From the NCBI RefSeq assembly GCF_009834535.1, contig NC_045697.1:87484001-87548000 (forward strand): 64,000 bases of DNA, written 5' to 3'. The DNA comes from Camelus ferus. Lineage: Eukaryota. The notes beneath the pieces are model-generated. The model was not told where the DNA came from, did no database searches, and saw nothing but the letters and a program-made list of their open reading frames with translations. The number at the start of each line of letters is the position of its first letter. The stretch's first letter is position 1. Positions 12,797-25,659 of this stretch are shown here, in pieces. Both the position numbers and the translations under genes were made by a program.

Positions 12797-14039
12797 TTCT
12801 AATTCCCCTTATCCACCAAGCTCAGTTCTGACACTGCTTCACATCCTTGGATCTTTTTTTTCTGGGGAGGGTGGTCCTCATACAACTGGCGGGCGTCACT
12901 CTCCTGGGAGGCACAGAGGCTCCTCTTCGGCTGTGACCTCTTATCTCACGTCCAGTCTTCTATTTCCATCTATTCACGGGGACTTTCTCCTGTGCTGAGT
13001 GTGACCACTCACCCTTGCCATCTACTGGCACAGCCTCCCCAAGGGTTAGCTAGTGTCCTCCCAGGTCATTCTGTAGAGGAGGACACAGAGCCTGAGGGGG
13101 ATCTATATGGGAAGATTGGCTTCTCTAGAGAGAATCATCATAAATGCATATTGAAAACATGAAGGCCAGAACACTTTGCCAGTACACACCATCTTTACAG
13201 ACATGACGTGAGGTCTGGGTTTGTTGTTCTTCTTGAATGACTTCTAGAACCACTGGGAGGTAGGAAAGGAGGGAGCAAATGGTAGAGCTTAGCTTTAACA
13301 ATCACAGTGGAAAAGCTGTGGGAACCTCCCTGGAATATGCAGGGCCAGCGGGGAGTGCCCTGTAAAGGGGGCCTTACCCAGTCACACTGTCAGGGGGAAA
13401 CGTATGGTGGTCATTGGCTGTTGATTATAATAGAACTGGGTCAGTCAGAGGTCAGAGAGGCGGGGAGAGGCTGCAGTTCCTCCAACTCTGAGATCTTTAG
13501 AAAGAACATAGGACTTAAAAAACCCCCACATTTTGGGGAATTTTCTTTATAAAATTATCAGAAGAGTAGATCGCTGGATTGTTCCTCCTCTGCATGTGAA
13601 ACCCTACAAATATCATAGGAAGAAGCCCCTTTAGGAGGAAGCACTTAGAACAACTGCCCATTGGCAGAGTCAGGTCACTGCTGGCCAGATCTGGCGGCGA
13701 TCTGAATCCGTTTTAGTAGTTGAGAGAGGAATGTCTGTGCAGACAGAAAGTGGATACGGGGCGCACCCCCTCCGCTTCAGGGGTTGCTGATGGGTCCCGG
13801 GGGATTTACTGCTTCCTCCGAGGGGCTCCCACCGCAGCTGGAATACAGGCTTGTTTCTCCAGCTGTCTAACCTTTAGTTTTATCTGTCTCTCGCTGACCT
13901 CTGAGTTTTATAATGAGTCAGTTTATTTGCTTGTGCAAATTGGGTTTTCTTAGAAATAGAACAGAGCTAGAAAGAGGCCAATGTTTGGGTTGTTTCCTCT
14001 TAAGAAAGAGAAGCAGCCGGGGACCAGGCACTGCAGAAG

Positions 14040-14300
14040 CTGCTTCTGCTCTGACTGTCCGTGTTGTTGGTTTCCGGTAACCCGGTGTAGTGAAGTGTGG
14101 TGCGCAGAGAGAGATCATCTCCCTTGTCGGAGGTGGAAATATCTTCAGGCTTTGCCAGCTCATTACTTCTCGTTTTCCTGGGAGTTCAGAGAAGTTGCTT
14201 AGCAACTGGCCTGACCGGTACCCCCACCGCTGCTGCCCCCTCAACATTACCAAGCTGACCGGTGGGGCCAATGGAGCAGTTTTTGAATGAAACAAGGCCG
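14040..14300. promoter_or_regulatory. Putative enhancer with RFX X-box palindromes
   Basis: AGTTGCTTAGCAACT (14193-14207) and GTTTCCGGTAAC (14070-14081), two CTGACCGGT copies, locally raised CpG, no recognisable repeats. Confidence 0.45.
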
Positions 14301-16702
14301 AAGCATTTTGTGAAAATGGTACCAGTTTTTTCCTCGATGGGACCTGAGCTTGTAACCCAGTCCGACAAAACGAGAGGGAACAAGCCAAAAAAAACTTTTT
14401 AAAGAAACAACACAGGCAGTAGGAAATCATACTGGTCAGGGCTTGTTTTCCTGGCCCAGGGCCTCATTCCAACCTGTTGCAATCAGCTCTCCGAGTGTCT
14501 GTAGGGACACCCTGGTGCAGGGGCCCCTCGGAGGAAAGGAACTTTTACATTTCTGTTTGACTGGGCTCCTTGCCAGGGGCTAAGTTCAAAGTGCAGTTTC
14601 CAGTAATTTGCTGGGACTTCTCTGTGGGTTGGATAGGCCAGGACAGAAGCCTGCAAGCCGAAGTAATATTTCCTGATTTCTGTCATTTCTTAAGAAGAGA
14701 AGGAAGGTTTCTGGAGGGACCAGGGGTGGGCAGGCTCTTGCTGGCTCTGAGAGCAGATGGAGTCTTCGCTGCCTCCTGTCTTCCCCGCCCTTCCTCCTCT
14801 CCCTGTCCAGGGCCCTGGACAGCCTGGCACGGGGCTAGAATCGCACTGAGCAAACGAGAGGTGCCCGTGTGGTGCAGCCCGTGCACCCCTCCCGTGATTT
14901 ACTGCGTGCGCGTGTTATTTGGAGCTATAAAGTTGTCGAGTAATGGCAATATGTTCTTGTTTTCTCGTATCTGTAGGATGAAAGCGAACATTTTTATAAT
15001 CCTTCCCTCCTCACCACATTTTGTTCCCCTGCACTAAACATGTGGGCCTGATTAGAGGAGAAAAAGAGCTGCAAAGGGAAGTTAGATTTTACACTCTCAT
15101 TCCCTGGGCCACCCCTTCCTGGCACGTGGAGGGCGGGGCCGTCTTCCTGTCATGCCATCTTTGTATTTCGGGTCTGGCAGAGGTCTCCACTCGTAATAAT
15201 TCTGAATGACTCTTTATTCAATGAAGGAGAGTGGGGAGCGGGGGACTCTCATTTCCAAGGAGCCTCTGGTATAACAGTGTCACTTCTGCGTCAGGTAGGG
15301 GCTGGCAGGAAGGAAGCTGTATTGATTTGGTTGTAACTCCTTTTCTACAACAAAGAATTGTCTTCCAGCGATATTTGCTCTGGTCCCTGTATCCGCCACT
15401 CTCTACCTGGAAAGGAGCCAGTTGAGCACAGGAGGGCATTAGAACAGAGGAGAGAGAAGTAGGGGGCAGTAGTGGGGGCCCCGATATGAACTCTTTAAAT
15501 TCCTTAGCCCAGGACCAAGTGGCCACCGCCCTTCAGTCGTCCTCCCGCTCCCTCCAATGCCCTTACACCCACAGAAACAAAGCTCCAGGAATACACAAAG
15601 GGGTGAGAGGGAAGAGGGGGCCTGGAAAGACTCTGTGGGAGTTACTTCCTTCTCTCCCCTGTGAAATTCCTTCCCCTTCTTCCTTAGCTCTTCTACAACA
15701 CATTTCTTTTCATTCGCTGATTCACCTTAAAAAGACTAACCCTACACGAGGCTTTCCCTCTAGCCTGGAAACTTGAATTACAGCAATTTGACATTATAAC
15801 ATAATTCCACTGCAATAAAGCAATTTGGGACTGGCCGTGGTGATGGAGATGTTGGTGGAAATGGGGAGCAGAAAATTGATTACAATGTTTTTTTTTCTGT
15901 ATTCGTCTGAGAAATACTAGGAGAAAGACATGTTGGTATGAAATCTTTTAAAAATATTTTAATCAGAGGATTGGTGCTATGTAAAATCATCTCCGTGTGT
16001 ATCTAAATTATACCAAAAGAACACGTTAAAAGTTTAAAAGAAGATGGGAGACAGTCTGGTTGTGTGGATTTGCATCACACAAAGAATGAATTGGTGTAAT
16101 TTTCCCCCTCTTTACTGAATTGACTATTTTTTTAACTTATGAGTGAATTGATTGTGTTTTACAATGTGTAATAAAAAAAAAGAGTCTCAAATATATTTCA
16201 GTAGTCTTTAGCAATAATGAAAAAAAAAACTAACTTTTGGCAAATTGTCTAGAAAACCAGGTACCTCGCTAACTCTGTCTGGGAGTCTCAGGGAACTGCA
16301 GAGCAAAGAAGGAGATGAACTTAAAAACTCTCCTTGCTAAATGACTTCTCACATCATGGTGTATGGGGTGTGGGTAATTTGGATTCTGAAATGATGTAAA
16401 GACAGCTCTCTCATCATCGTTGGCTGTCTCAAGGCAGGGCCTCGATTTCCCAGCAGGTATCTGACTTTTACCCCTCTCTGTTCAAAAGAAGAGAGACGCC
16501 TGTAAAAGACACTAGCTTTAAAGTTGATTTAAGACGTGTGTCACTTCCTCTCAGTTCCTGTATGTGCTGGAGTCTGGGGGACGTGGTTAACTGCATGTCT
16601 CCTCTGTCTGTAGTGTTAGGCCTTTGGCAGTTATGGAGTTAACGCTGGCAGTTTCACCTACTCAGGAAGCATCCTAAAAGCCTAGTGTAGAACCTTTGTC
16701 AG

Positions 16703-16779
16703 GCCCGAAGCTCTGAAATTTCATCCTGTGTGTGGGAACAGGCGCCTTCTGCAGTGAACAACGTGCCCACGACTTCAGG
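16703..16779 (+). other. Candidate 77-nt exon (weak acceptor)
   Basis: CTTTGTCAG|G acceptor with a short pyrimidine tract; strong donor CAGG|GTGAGT. Confidence 0.2.
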
Positions 16780-17609
16780 GTGAGTCTGTGGTTCTTCACA
16801 AGTCCCGATGGATGTAGCCTGTAACTCTTGTCAAGTGATCGCATTTGGTTCCCTGTGAAAAATGGACCTTCACACACAAAAAAGTCACCTGAGCATTTGA
16901 TGGAAACAAGTGAGGGTCTACGAAAATGAAATGTCTTAGCCAGAACGTAGTTTTAGACAATTTTTAATCCTATATTTTTCAACTTATTAACCCATCAAGA
17001 ATCTTAAAGAGTCACTTAGACTTTTCAAATGTACTTTCCTACACGTTGTGGAGGTGCTATCTGCTATAGTGATATTTGAGAATTTGAGAATTTGTACGTT
17101 AAATGACTTCCTGGGGTTGTAGATTTGGTTTTTCATATTTGACACGCTTGCCATATCTTGGAATATATATATATTTTAGGCTATTGTGCTCTTAGAATGA
17201 ATAACTATTTTATTACGTGTTTTAGCACTCTCCTAGGCCCATCGCATTTAAATGAACGGCTTTGGAATGAGTGCTATAAATTATATATTTTTACAGTATC
17301 GCTAAACTGCGTTGCAGCTACATAAGTGAATGAGTATGCCTTTGTTAGAAAGATTTAGACATGAAAAGCATTAAGATACAATTATTCATATTGCAGAAGC
17401 ATTCTGTGCTTCAGGAGAGGGTTGTGTGTCAGGTATGGGTGGTGTTTCTTTAGTTCTTTAATTGAGATTGTGCTGCCAAGTTAAGTAAAGACCACTCCCA
17501 GGCAGCTCTTCCTTTTCACCCCTGTCTGCCTCTTTTATTTCTTTGGGCCTCCTTTCTTCTAATTTAATGATCCTAGAGCCAGCATAACAACTGGGTGGGA
17601 AGGAGGAAG

Positions 17610-17800
17610 GAACTAAAATGTAACTGATGTCTTCTCTGTTTTATATACATTATCTCGTTTAATTCTCACGACACCCTCTGAAGCAGAGTACTGACAACAC
17701 CCAATTTTGTAAATGAGGTTCAGAAATATTAAGTAACTTGCTCTAAGTCACACAGCGAGAAGGTAGAGGGAGTTACATCCAGATTTGTGCAGTTCTGAGC
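17610..17800 (-). mobile_element. MIR fragment
   Basis: ACATTATCTCGTTTAATTCTCACGAC...TAAGTAACTTGCTCTAAGTCACACAG. Confidence 0.75.
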
Positions 17801-19589
17801 ACAGAGCTCCTGGACTCTTCCGGCGGCCTCTAACCAGGAGGGATTTGGCCTTTTGTGGTTGGGCAAAGGGTATTTTGTGGCCTTGCTCCTGTCCCCCTAA
17901 CGTCTGACCACATCATTTCATTTCTAGTGAGTCTCCCTGAGACCTTGAAAACTACGGTTGAATTAAGGAACATATCTCTTGCATAAAGCAAAGAACATCT
18001 GATTTCTTTTTTCCTGTGTGTATGACAGCTAGAGTTCCAGTGTCTTGCTTATAGTAAATGCACTTCCAGAAGAGCTACGCTTTTAATGAATGTCACCTTA
18101 TTCTTCATTTTCAAAATAATCCCAGACATGTTAGCCCAAAAGCTATATATCTAGGCTATAATTTTAAATTTATCACTGTGCTATCCTTGTGAAAACTTTC
18201 AGCTCAATTTTTTTCCCCCTCAAATATGCCTAATACCACCATTACCTACTAACTGTGGATGGAAATAGCAAGTCATTACGATGTCTGAATTAACATCCAA
18301 AACATACTGGTTTTCTTCCAGGATTCCTGTATCTATTATTGCTAAAACATATAACTTTTAAAACTCAAATGGTTTTCCCAAGCCAGTTCTCTAATCATAG
18401 ACATAAATTTCACTCCATTAAGAAAAGGAAACCAGGCAGGATGACTAAAGTTAGGAATAAGATCTGATTTCAAGGGAGGGGAAAAAAAAAGATTAGGCGT
18501 GGAATTCTTTCCATAGCTTGTGGAACACGGTTAACATAAAACCCTGCTTTCCCGTGTAGCCCTTTAAGGCGAGAGGCCGGATTTAGGTGCGGATGCTGCC
18601 TTGCCCTCACTCTGACACGGCAGGGCAGTGGGCAGAGACGGGGTGTCAGGATGCTGCTTCCTTTTCCCTGGAATGGCTGCAGGGGTCGTGGGACTGGTGA
18701 GAGCTGCAAGACAGGCTCTCCTCCTTTCTGCGTCTTAGGGTGGTTGGAAGTTATTCAGTTGCACTTTCTCCCATGAAATACCTGTTGCATATTTATAAGT
18801 CCTTTCAATAATGACGGTCCCTGCACACTTGTGATAACCAGGCAGGCCTGTGGGGAAGGAAAGGGGACGTGGTGGGAAAGTCTAGCTCCTTAGGCTATGG
18901 ATGGTGGCTTCAGTGGTATGCTTTTGATAGCTGCTCCTGAAATGCCTCAGCCCCTCAAGGGCTGCTTTTTAATGTTGATCATGATTTGTCTTCATAGGAA
19001 TCTCTTTTCAACCCACTAGGCTTGCTTCCTTGCTGTTTTTTAAAGCTCAGTCATGTTCAACTGTCTTTGAAAAATGCTCACTCTTACTCTCTGTATTCAG
19101 AATAGGAGACAAGACTATTTTCCACCCCTGCCTCACCAACAAACCCACCTGTTTCATTTGAGACTGGTCCCTGAGCACGTTCTTGATTTCCTAGAAGAGC
19201 TCTATAGGTATATGTGTATATGAAGTGTATAGAAAGGAGTATAAAAGTACACACTTTTTTTTAAGTGCACAGAGTAATAGAAAGTAGTTTTTGATGTTTA
19301 CCTTGTAGCTGATGAACGTTTATATATGTTGAATTTGAAATAGGTCAGCGTAATTAGCAGAGAGAGAAAAATCTTTAAAAACTTTCCCTAGGGAATCAAA
19401 AAGGAAGACAAGAGAAGTTTATTTTTAAAATATGTATTTCTCTTGTTAGAAATGAGATCCTATTGGAAGTAAACCTTTTAGGAAGCAAAGTAGCAATAGT
19501 ATTAAAATTTTAAAAAATCGTATCTTTTAACCCAGCAATCCCACATCTGGGGAACTGTGTGGTGTAAGAAATGTCTCTAGGTATCACCA

Positions 19590-19836
19590 AGTGGCTCTCC
19601 ATCACATCACCCTCTTTGAATTCTCCGCAGATGACTTAGTGGCATTATCTCCTGTTTTTCTTGTTCAAATTCACTCATTCATTCATTCATTCATTTATGG
19701 TCTTCTCCCACCAGAATGTGACTCTATGAAAGCAAGGACTGCGTCTATCTCCCTCACCACTGAAATGCTAGTATCTAGAATTGTCTCTGGCACAGAGTAG
19801 GTCCTCATTAAATATTTGTTGAATAAAAGAAATAAA
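19590..19836 (+). mobile_element. L2 3' end
   Basis: CTCCCACCAGAATGTGACTCTATGAAAGCAAGGAC...CTGGCACAGAGTAGGTCCTCATTAAATATTTGTTGAATAAA; includes a (TTCA)n tract. Confidence 0.85.
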
Positions 19837-19919
19837 ACACCCATAGATCAGGATGTACGTCCAAGGATATTTACTGAAATATTATCGTGGTGGCAAAAAA
19901 CTGGAATCAAGAGCATGCC

Positions 19920-20072
19920 GGGGGTAGGGTGGGGACTAAGGTGTAGCTCAAGTGGTAGAGTGCATGCTTAGCATGCACAAGGTCCTGGGTTCAGTCCTCA
20001 GTAACTCCTTCAAAAATAAGTAAATAAATAAACTGAATTACTTCCCTCTCATAAAAAGAATGAATGAAGAAA
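19920..20072 (+). mobile_element. tRNA-derived camelid SINE (Vic-1 type)
   Basis: A box GTAGCTCAAGTGGTAGAG, B box GGTTCAGTCC, (TAAA)n segment and A tail; TSD AAGAGCATGCC (19909) / AAAAGCATGCC (20073). Confidence 0.85.
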
Positions 20073-20139
20073 AAAAGCATGCCCAGTAGTGACGGGCTGG
20101 CTCAGCCAGGCTGGTTGGCCCCGTGTGCCTGGCTCAGCC

Positions 20140-20395
20140 TTATGGTGTAGGGCTTAATAGCATGGCTCTAGCGTCAGGCTGCCTGGGCTTTAATCCTTGT
20201 AGTCATCTTAAATGTCTGATGAACGGCCTCGGGAGTGGTGCTAAGCTTCTGTGTCTCCGTTTTCTCATCCATAAAATGAGGACAACAGTGATACCAATCT
20301 CATAAGGTTTTTGTGAGAATTAAGTAAAACTGGCAGCATAATATGGGGACAGTTTCTGGCATATCATAAGTACTCAATAAATATGAGTTATTAAG
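20140..20395 (+). mobile_element. MIR (near full length)
   Basis: GCATGGCTCTAGCGTCAGGCTGCCTGGG...TTTCTCATCCATAAAATGAGGACAA...AAGTACTCAATAAATATGAG. Confidence 0.85.
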
Positions 20396-21419
20396 AAATA
20401 TTTAGAAGAATGAATTAAATGTCACTTAACAGAGGAATTCTCATAATGCACTGTTGAGTGGGCAAAATATGATGCAGAGAAATGTGTTTGATGGATGGAT
20501 GCTACTTTTATAAATTTAACAATGCTAATAAAAATCCTGTCTTATGTATATGTAATACATTTATAAGAGCATAAAATAATGGAAGATATATACTAGGTAT
20601 ATAAAGCCAGTGCAGGAAGAGCAGGACTAGGGGGTGGGAAAGAGAAGAAGGGAAAGTTAAAAGACAACAAAATATTTGTTATTAACACATTGCCGATACC
20701 ATCATTAAATTACAAAACATGTGCGTTTATGTACTTGCACATGACGAGGTGCTTAAAAAGTGAATCTCTATTAAATATTAATGATAGTTGTCTTGGGGGA
20801 TTGGAACTCCAGGTGATTTCTTCCTTATTCTTTGATGTATTTTAATTTTTTACAATAAGCATGTATTATTTATATAATGAGGAAAAACAAGAGAATATGT
20901 TTACTATAAGGATAAAACTTCTCTATTTCCATCACTCTATTAAAGGAAGAGAGACGACATTTGGGTGGGTGTGTCTCTCTTTCAGAGGTTTCTGAGCCTG
21001 AGGAGCTGTCAGTACCCAGTTTGGATCAAGCGCGTGGCCATGCGGTCTGAGTACAAGATGGATTTAGCTTTTGGCAAATCCCATGCCTGCTACCCCCATC
21101 CTCTCCTGTTTTGGAAAGGTGAACTCAAATCTGAGGGATTATGTGAACTGAAGGTGTTGTAAGCACAGACAAGTGGACCACAAAATTCTTGAAAATGGGA
21201 GAGAAGGGAATCACAAACGCTCATTTCTACTAATAATTCAGCCCTGGGAGGCTCTATGGACCCCGAATCTAGAAATTTTCTTAAAATGCTACTTTATTCA
21301 TGTCAATGCTTTGTTCAGAACCCTTGTTACCTTTGTATCCCTCTGAGATTACGCTGAAATTCTTTAGGCTGGTCTCACCCACCCAGAGTCTCTCTTTCCC
21401 TTTCTCCCTCCTTTTAACT

Positions 21420-21715
21420 TTTCTGAATCTTACTCATCCGTTGAGCCTTCTCTGAAATGATTTTGAACTATCCGTGTCACCAGGAACTTCTCCACCCCTG
21501 TTCTTCCACTGCACGTGTCCTGCACTGCCCCAGCCACTTAGCACTCCCTTGTGCTCCTATAACCGGTCATCCAGCCTCACTTGCAAATTGTCCTCTTTCT
21601 CCAACTGGGAAGCTCCCTGAGGATGAAGCTTGTGCTTTTTCCTTCCTTGCATTTCCGCAGTTCCTACCATGTTAACTTGGGTATGGCTGGCATGCAGTAA
21701 ATATTTGCTGATTGA
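21420..21715 (+). mobile_element. L2 3' fragment
   Basis: CTCCAACTGGGAAGCTCCCTGAGG...CAGTAAATATTTGCTGATTGA. Confidence 0.7.
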
Positions 21716-22004
21716 TAGGTATGTTATTTTCTGAAAACCAAAACTATGCGGTCATCCCATCATTAGTGTATGTGTTGGAGCCCTTGTGTAGAAGACAATG
21801 TATTTGCATCTAAGCTTATCTATCTAGATAAGAACGCCTGCCTAAATGTAGGAAAAAAAAAACATTAGGAGCCTTTCAAATCCTCAGAAATGTGTATGCA
21901 CTCAGTGGTATGAGTCTACATTTGCTGTAAACAGGATGAATAAAAAATGAAGCTGAATGAGAGACGGTTCACTTTTGAGAACTGGAAACAGTGAAATATT
22001 ACAA

Positions 22005-22145
22005 AGGATAATAGTGGCTCGCACTTAAATGGCTTTTATTTCGAGCTAGTTTGTCTGAATACTTTATGTGTCTTTACTTATTGAGTCCTTAAAACAATTC
22101 TATGAGGTAGACACGTTACTTTTAACCCCATTTGACAGGATGAAA
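22005..22145 (-). mobile_element. MIR fragment
   Basis: TCCTTAAAACAATTCTATGAGGTAG...CCCCATTTGACAGGATGAAAC. Confidence 0.65.
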
Positions 22146-22786
22146 CACAGTTAATCAAGCTTCTACTTGTACTGAGTTTCTTCAAGCTGTTTAATTGAAC
22201 TATGAATAATTTTATGATTTCTGACTTGTAAATTTACCTATGTGGCTACATCTGTACAAACGACAGAACCCACACACTCAAGTACTCTGTAGATGATATG
22301 GCTATGATTCTGCTTAAGGTGAGATTTAAAATAAAGTTAGTTTAAAGAAAAATTACTGAACATACTCCAAGGAAATTTTCTAAGGCAGACATTTTCTGAA
22401 GAAGCTATTTACGTTTAATCTGAGAATTCAGTCACTGTGGGACAGTCAGTATATGCTTCCTAAAAGAGATTTGATCTCCCCTATTAATAGTTACATCTGG
22501 TTTAAAACCCAAGACAGCTTTATTATTGGCCTCATTCAAATCATCTTGTCTGTGTATGATTATGATTTTATACCCTCAGAGACCGAAGATTTGCTGTCAG
22601 TGAAGGGTGCTCAGAAGAATTTTCTAATAGTCTCCAAAGGGATTTTCAAGACAAGAGTTCCACAAATGTTGGCAACATCTTGTAACCCAAGTTCTGGGAA
22701 TATCAAACCACTATACAAGGTTACACAGCTATTCAGGGACAGACAAGATGGGGTGCCAGAACTTTGGCCTCCAGTCAGCTGGTGTC

Positions 22787-22818
22787 CTGCTGAACTGCAC
22801 CACCACTAGGGGGCTCTG
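22787..22818 (+). promoter_or_regulatory. Candidate CTCF site
   Basis: Core CACCACTAGGGGGCTCTG (consensus CCACYAGRGGGCRC) with an upstream CTGCTGAAC resembling the CTGCAGT upstream module, in a GC-rich patch. Confidence 0.55.
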
Positions 22819-23129
22819 TGGGGGACGGTGGGCCGGCCCTGGAGCGGTGCTGGGAGAGGCAGCCCCCAGGAGTGGAGAGAAGCACGGGGCATTGACCTGA
22901 AGCCTCTGCTTCTTTGGGAGCAGCAGGTAGAGTGCCAAAATGGTGAAAACTGAAAGACTGGTTAATCTCTGTAGTATGTTTAATTGGTGTGTAGGGGGAA
23001 GAAGATTGTTGGATGTATGTTATGCCCCTCAGTAAGAAGAAGGAATAACAGTTCTCATGAGTCAGTCTTAATGGTTTAACAGCCCAGAAACTCTAAGCCA
23101 AGGCTTCATCTGATTTTGTGACCCCTAAA

Positions 23130-23358
23130 GGTAATAGCTAACATTTAAGTGTTAACTGTATGTCAGGAATTGTTCTCAGGGCTTGTCTTTGACATCATTT
23201 GATCCTCATAACAAGCCATTTGTATCACTCCTATGTTACAGAGGGGGAAGGTGAGTTACAGAGAGGTTATACAACTTGCTGTAATTTGCCCAAGATTACA
23301 TCTCTGATAAGTAGCTGAATTGGGATTCAAACCCAGGCAGTTCAGCTTCAAAGCCTCA
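23130..23358 (-). mobile_element. MIR
   Basis: AATAGCTAACATTTAAG...GGGATTCAAACCCAGGCAGTTCAGCTTCAAAGCC. Confidence 0.8.
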
Positions 23359-23369
23359 TCAATTTAAAT

Positions 23370-24920
23370 AAATCAATTATGGAAAATTTCAGACGGGCAC
23401 ACAAATAGAATAGTGCAGTGAACTTCATTTACCATCTCTCAGCTGCAACAACCATGAACTCATGGTCAATTTTGTTCTGTCTGTGTCTACCTCCTTAGTG
23501 CTCTCCCATCCCCCTTCCTGGATTATTTTCAAAAACACACAGACATCTGATCATATTATTCACAAACATTTCAGTAAGTACTGCTAAAAATACAGTGGCT
23601 CTAAAAAAACACACTCTTTTTCATAAGATACCCATAGTACCTATTGTCTCTATTTTTGTGACATCAGCAGCTTTGAAAAGCATTGTCTGGATCTGTGATA
23701 ACCTATCATTTCTTCATTTATTTGCTATAATACTTTCCCTATACCAACAATTTGATTATCCTGATGTAAAGTTCACACAGGGAAGGCCAGATAGATGCTA
23801 GAGTCACAAACACCCCTTTCTCTCTGTTTTTTACTAGTTTCAGTGAGTTGGTTTCCAACATCAGCCAAAGTTGATCACTTAATTTGTTTAAAGTATCATA
23901 ATGAACTTAATGGATGTTTAAGTCTATTTGATACTTAGTTGATGCAATTTTCTAATCAATGCTCAAATGGTCCCATTTGGGTTAATGGGAGCCTCTTCAA
24001 GTTAGGCTTAGGCGTCCTTCAGTCACCTTCAGCAACTCCCTTATTTTCTGGTATGACAAGATGTTCTAGGCTTATCTTGAATATTTCTCGCCCTCAACCT
24101 GGAATTTGGCATTTGTCCGAGTAGCTGGCATTCCTTTATGGGAAACAGAATTTAGAGACCACAGCCTGGATATAAGAGCTGCTTATTGCTACTAGATTGG
24201 TCACTGTTTTCCCGTCTTTCCTTCCATTGTTCCTTCCTTCCTCCCTCTTTCCCCCTCCCACCTTTCCTCCTCTTTTTTCTTTTTAAAGAGAAGCTAAATG
24301 ATGAATTCTTACTGATAATTAATGATTTGTTTTCTTTATAAGTTTATATATGACTAATTAATATTTCAGAAGAACCATATAAACTATTATTATTAAAATA
24401 TGATTATCAAAACCAATTTGAATTTATTTTACAGTTCTTTTCATCTTTAGAGTATATCCCGCTAGGAATGTACAGTCAAATTATTGTCTTTTAAGGTCAC
24501 TTGAAATGAATTCTTCTCTAGACAGTCTAAAAACTTGCCTGGTGGTTAAATTTATTTGTTTCATTTTACTTTAAAGTTGTATAATTCTGTTAAATTTCAT
24601 TTAACTTTGTTTTAAAGTCATATAAAATAAGATGTATTCAGAGAAGCCTGGCTTCCATTTTTGTGTGCTCCCTCCTCCATAAGTAGTTTATCATAACATT
24701 TTTTTTTATAGGAGCAAGTATGTACAGATACTGGTATCTTCCCCATCTCCACTTTGTTTGATGAATGTTAGCTTGATATACACATTTTCCTCTACCTTGT
24801 TTTTTCACATTTTTATACCATTTGTCTCAACAGTCATTAGCAGCATATGCAGACATTTCTTACCCCATTGAGAACAGCAGAGTTTATTCAACCAGTCCCC
24901 GAGTGACAGACATTTGAGTT
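23370..24920 (-). mobile_element. L1MC-like 3' region
   Basis: Starts ATTATGGAAAATTTCAGAC...AATAGTGCAGTGAAC...AACTCATGGTCAATTTTG (L1MC4/5-type end); ends TTATTCAACCAGTCCCC...GACATTTGAGTTGTTTCCAGT. Confidence 0.75.
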
Positions 24921-25659
24921 GTTTCCAGTCTCACTTTTAAAGGTCTGTCCATATGTGGGTCAAAGTTGAAAGACATTTAAATGAGGGGGGGAATCCCATT
25001 CCAGCAAAGGGGCAAAATTAGATAAAATGTGTGCTACAATTTGGGTCACTCTCCTGGTCATCCTGTGTGTATAAGGTAAGAGAATCTCCTGTGTTAATAG
25101 TAGGAGAATCAGGACCACGTGGTTGTTTCTTAACCGTCCATGTGGTTCCTAGTCCTGGAGATCCACATTGGTGTAGTTTCCCTCCCTTAGCTGTACATGT
25201 ATTTACATATTTACACATGTCAACGGTAATGTGCTGGGAGCAGCTGCTAACTGCCAGGAGTTCAGATGCTCATGTGACACAGACATTACTAATGTACTGC
25301 TTTTGGCCTCCTCTAGTTTTCTGTCTTGTTATCTTTTAAAGAACGAATCTACCCTTGTGTATACAAATATCACTTCTTTGCAAGTGACCATTTCAGCTTA
25401 GGTACTTCTCCATGGACCTCCAACCTAAGGCATCTGAAATTAAATGTATCATCTTGGATGTCTTGCATACGGTGTGAAAATGTCTGCTCTGCTATCTCTT
25501 CCTATTTTCAATGATGCAGTATTTTCCTGGATTTAGAGCCACTTGTTGTATATCTCTATTTATTTAACCTTTATAATACCTAATTTGACGAAGTCTCATA
25601 GGTTACATATTGATTTACCTGGGGTCACATGGAAATCTGGGCATGACAGTCACGTCCAA

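Larger units (their letters stand above)
19450..20880 (+). mobile_element. Ancient L1 (L1ME-like) 3' region split by L2, Vic-type SINE and MIR insertions
   Basis: ACCCAGCAATCCCACATCTGGGGAA (19530), CCAAGGATATTTACTGAAA...GCAAAAAACTGGAA (19861-19906), CTCATAATGCACTGTTGAGTG (20440) are collinear L1 motifs. Confidence 0.65.

Noticed and set aside
13918..14430. 170-aa minus-strand ORF and overlapping ORFs
   Set aside because: No recognisable protein and no convincing exon boundaries; the region is better explained as regulatory.
15455..15473. Partial CTCF-like matches (AGTAGGGGGCAGTA; also 1678 and 14228)
   Set aside because: Each lacks key core positions (the 5' CC or the GGC end).
18595..18628. 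Small hairpin CTGCCTTGCC...GGCAGGGCAG
   Set aside because: A 10-bp GC-rich stem with one wobble is expected by chance in a window of this size.
19935..20010. tRNA-like sequence (also 34780-34850 and 45840-45907)
   Set aside because: Has A/B boxes but also an A-rich tail, TSDs and no intact acceptor stem; these are SINE heads, not tRNA genes.
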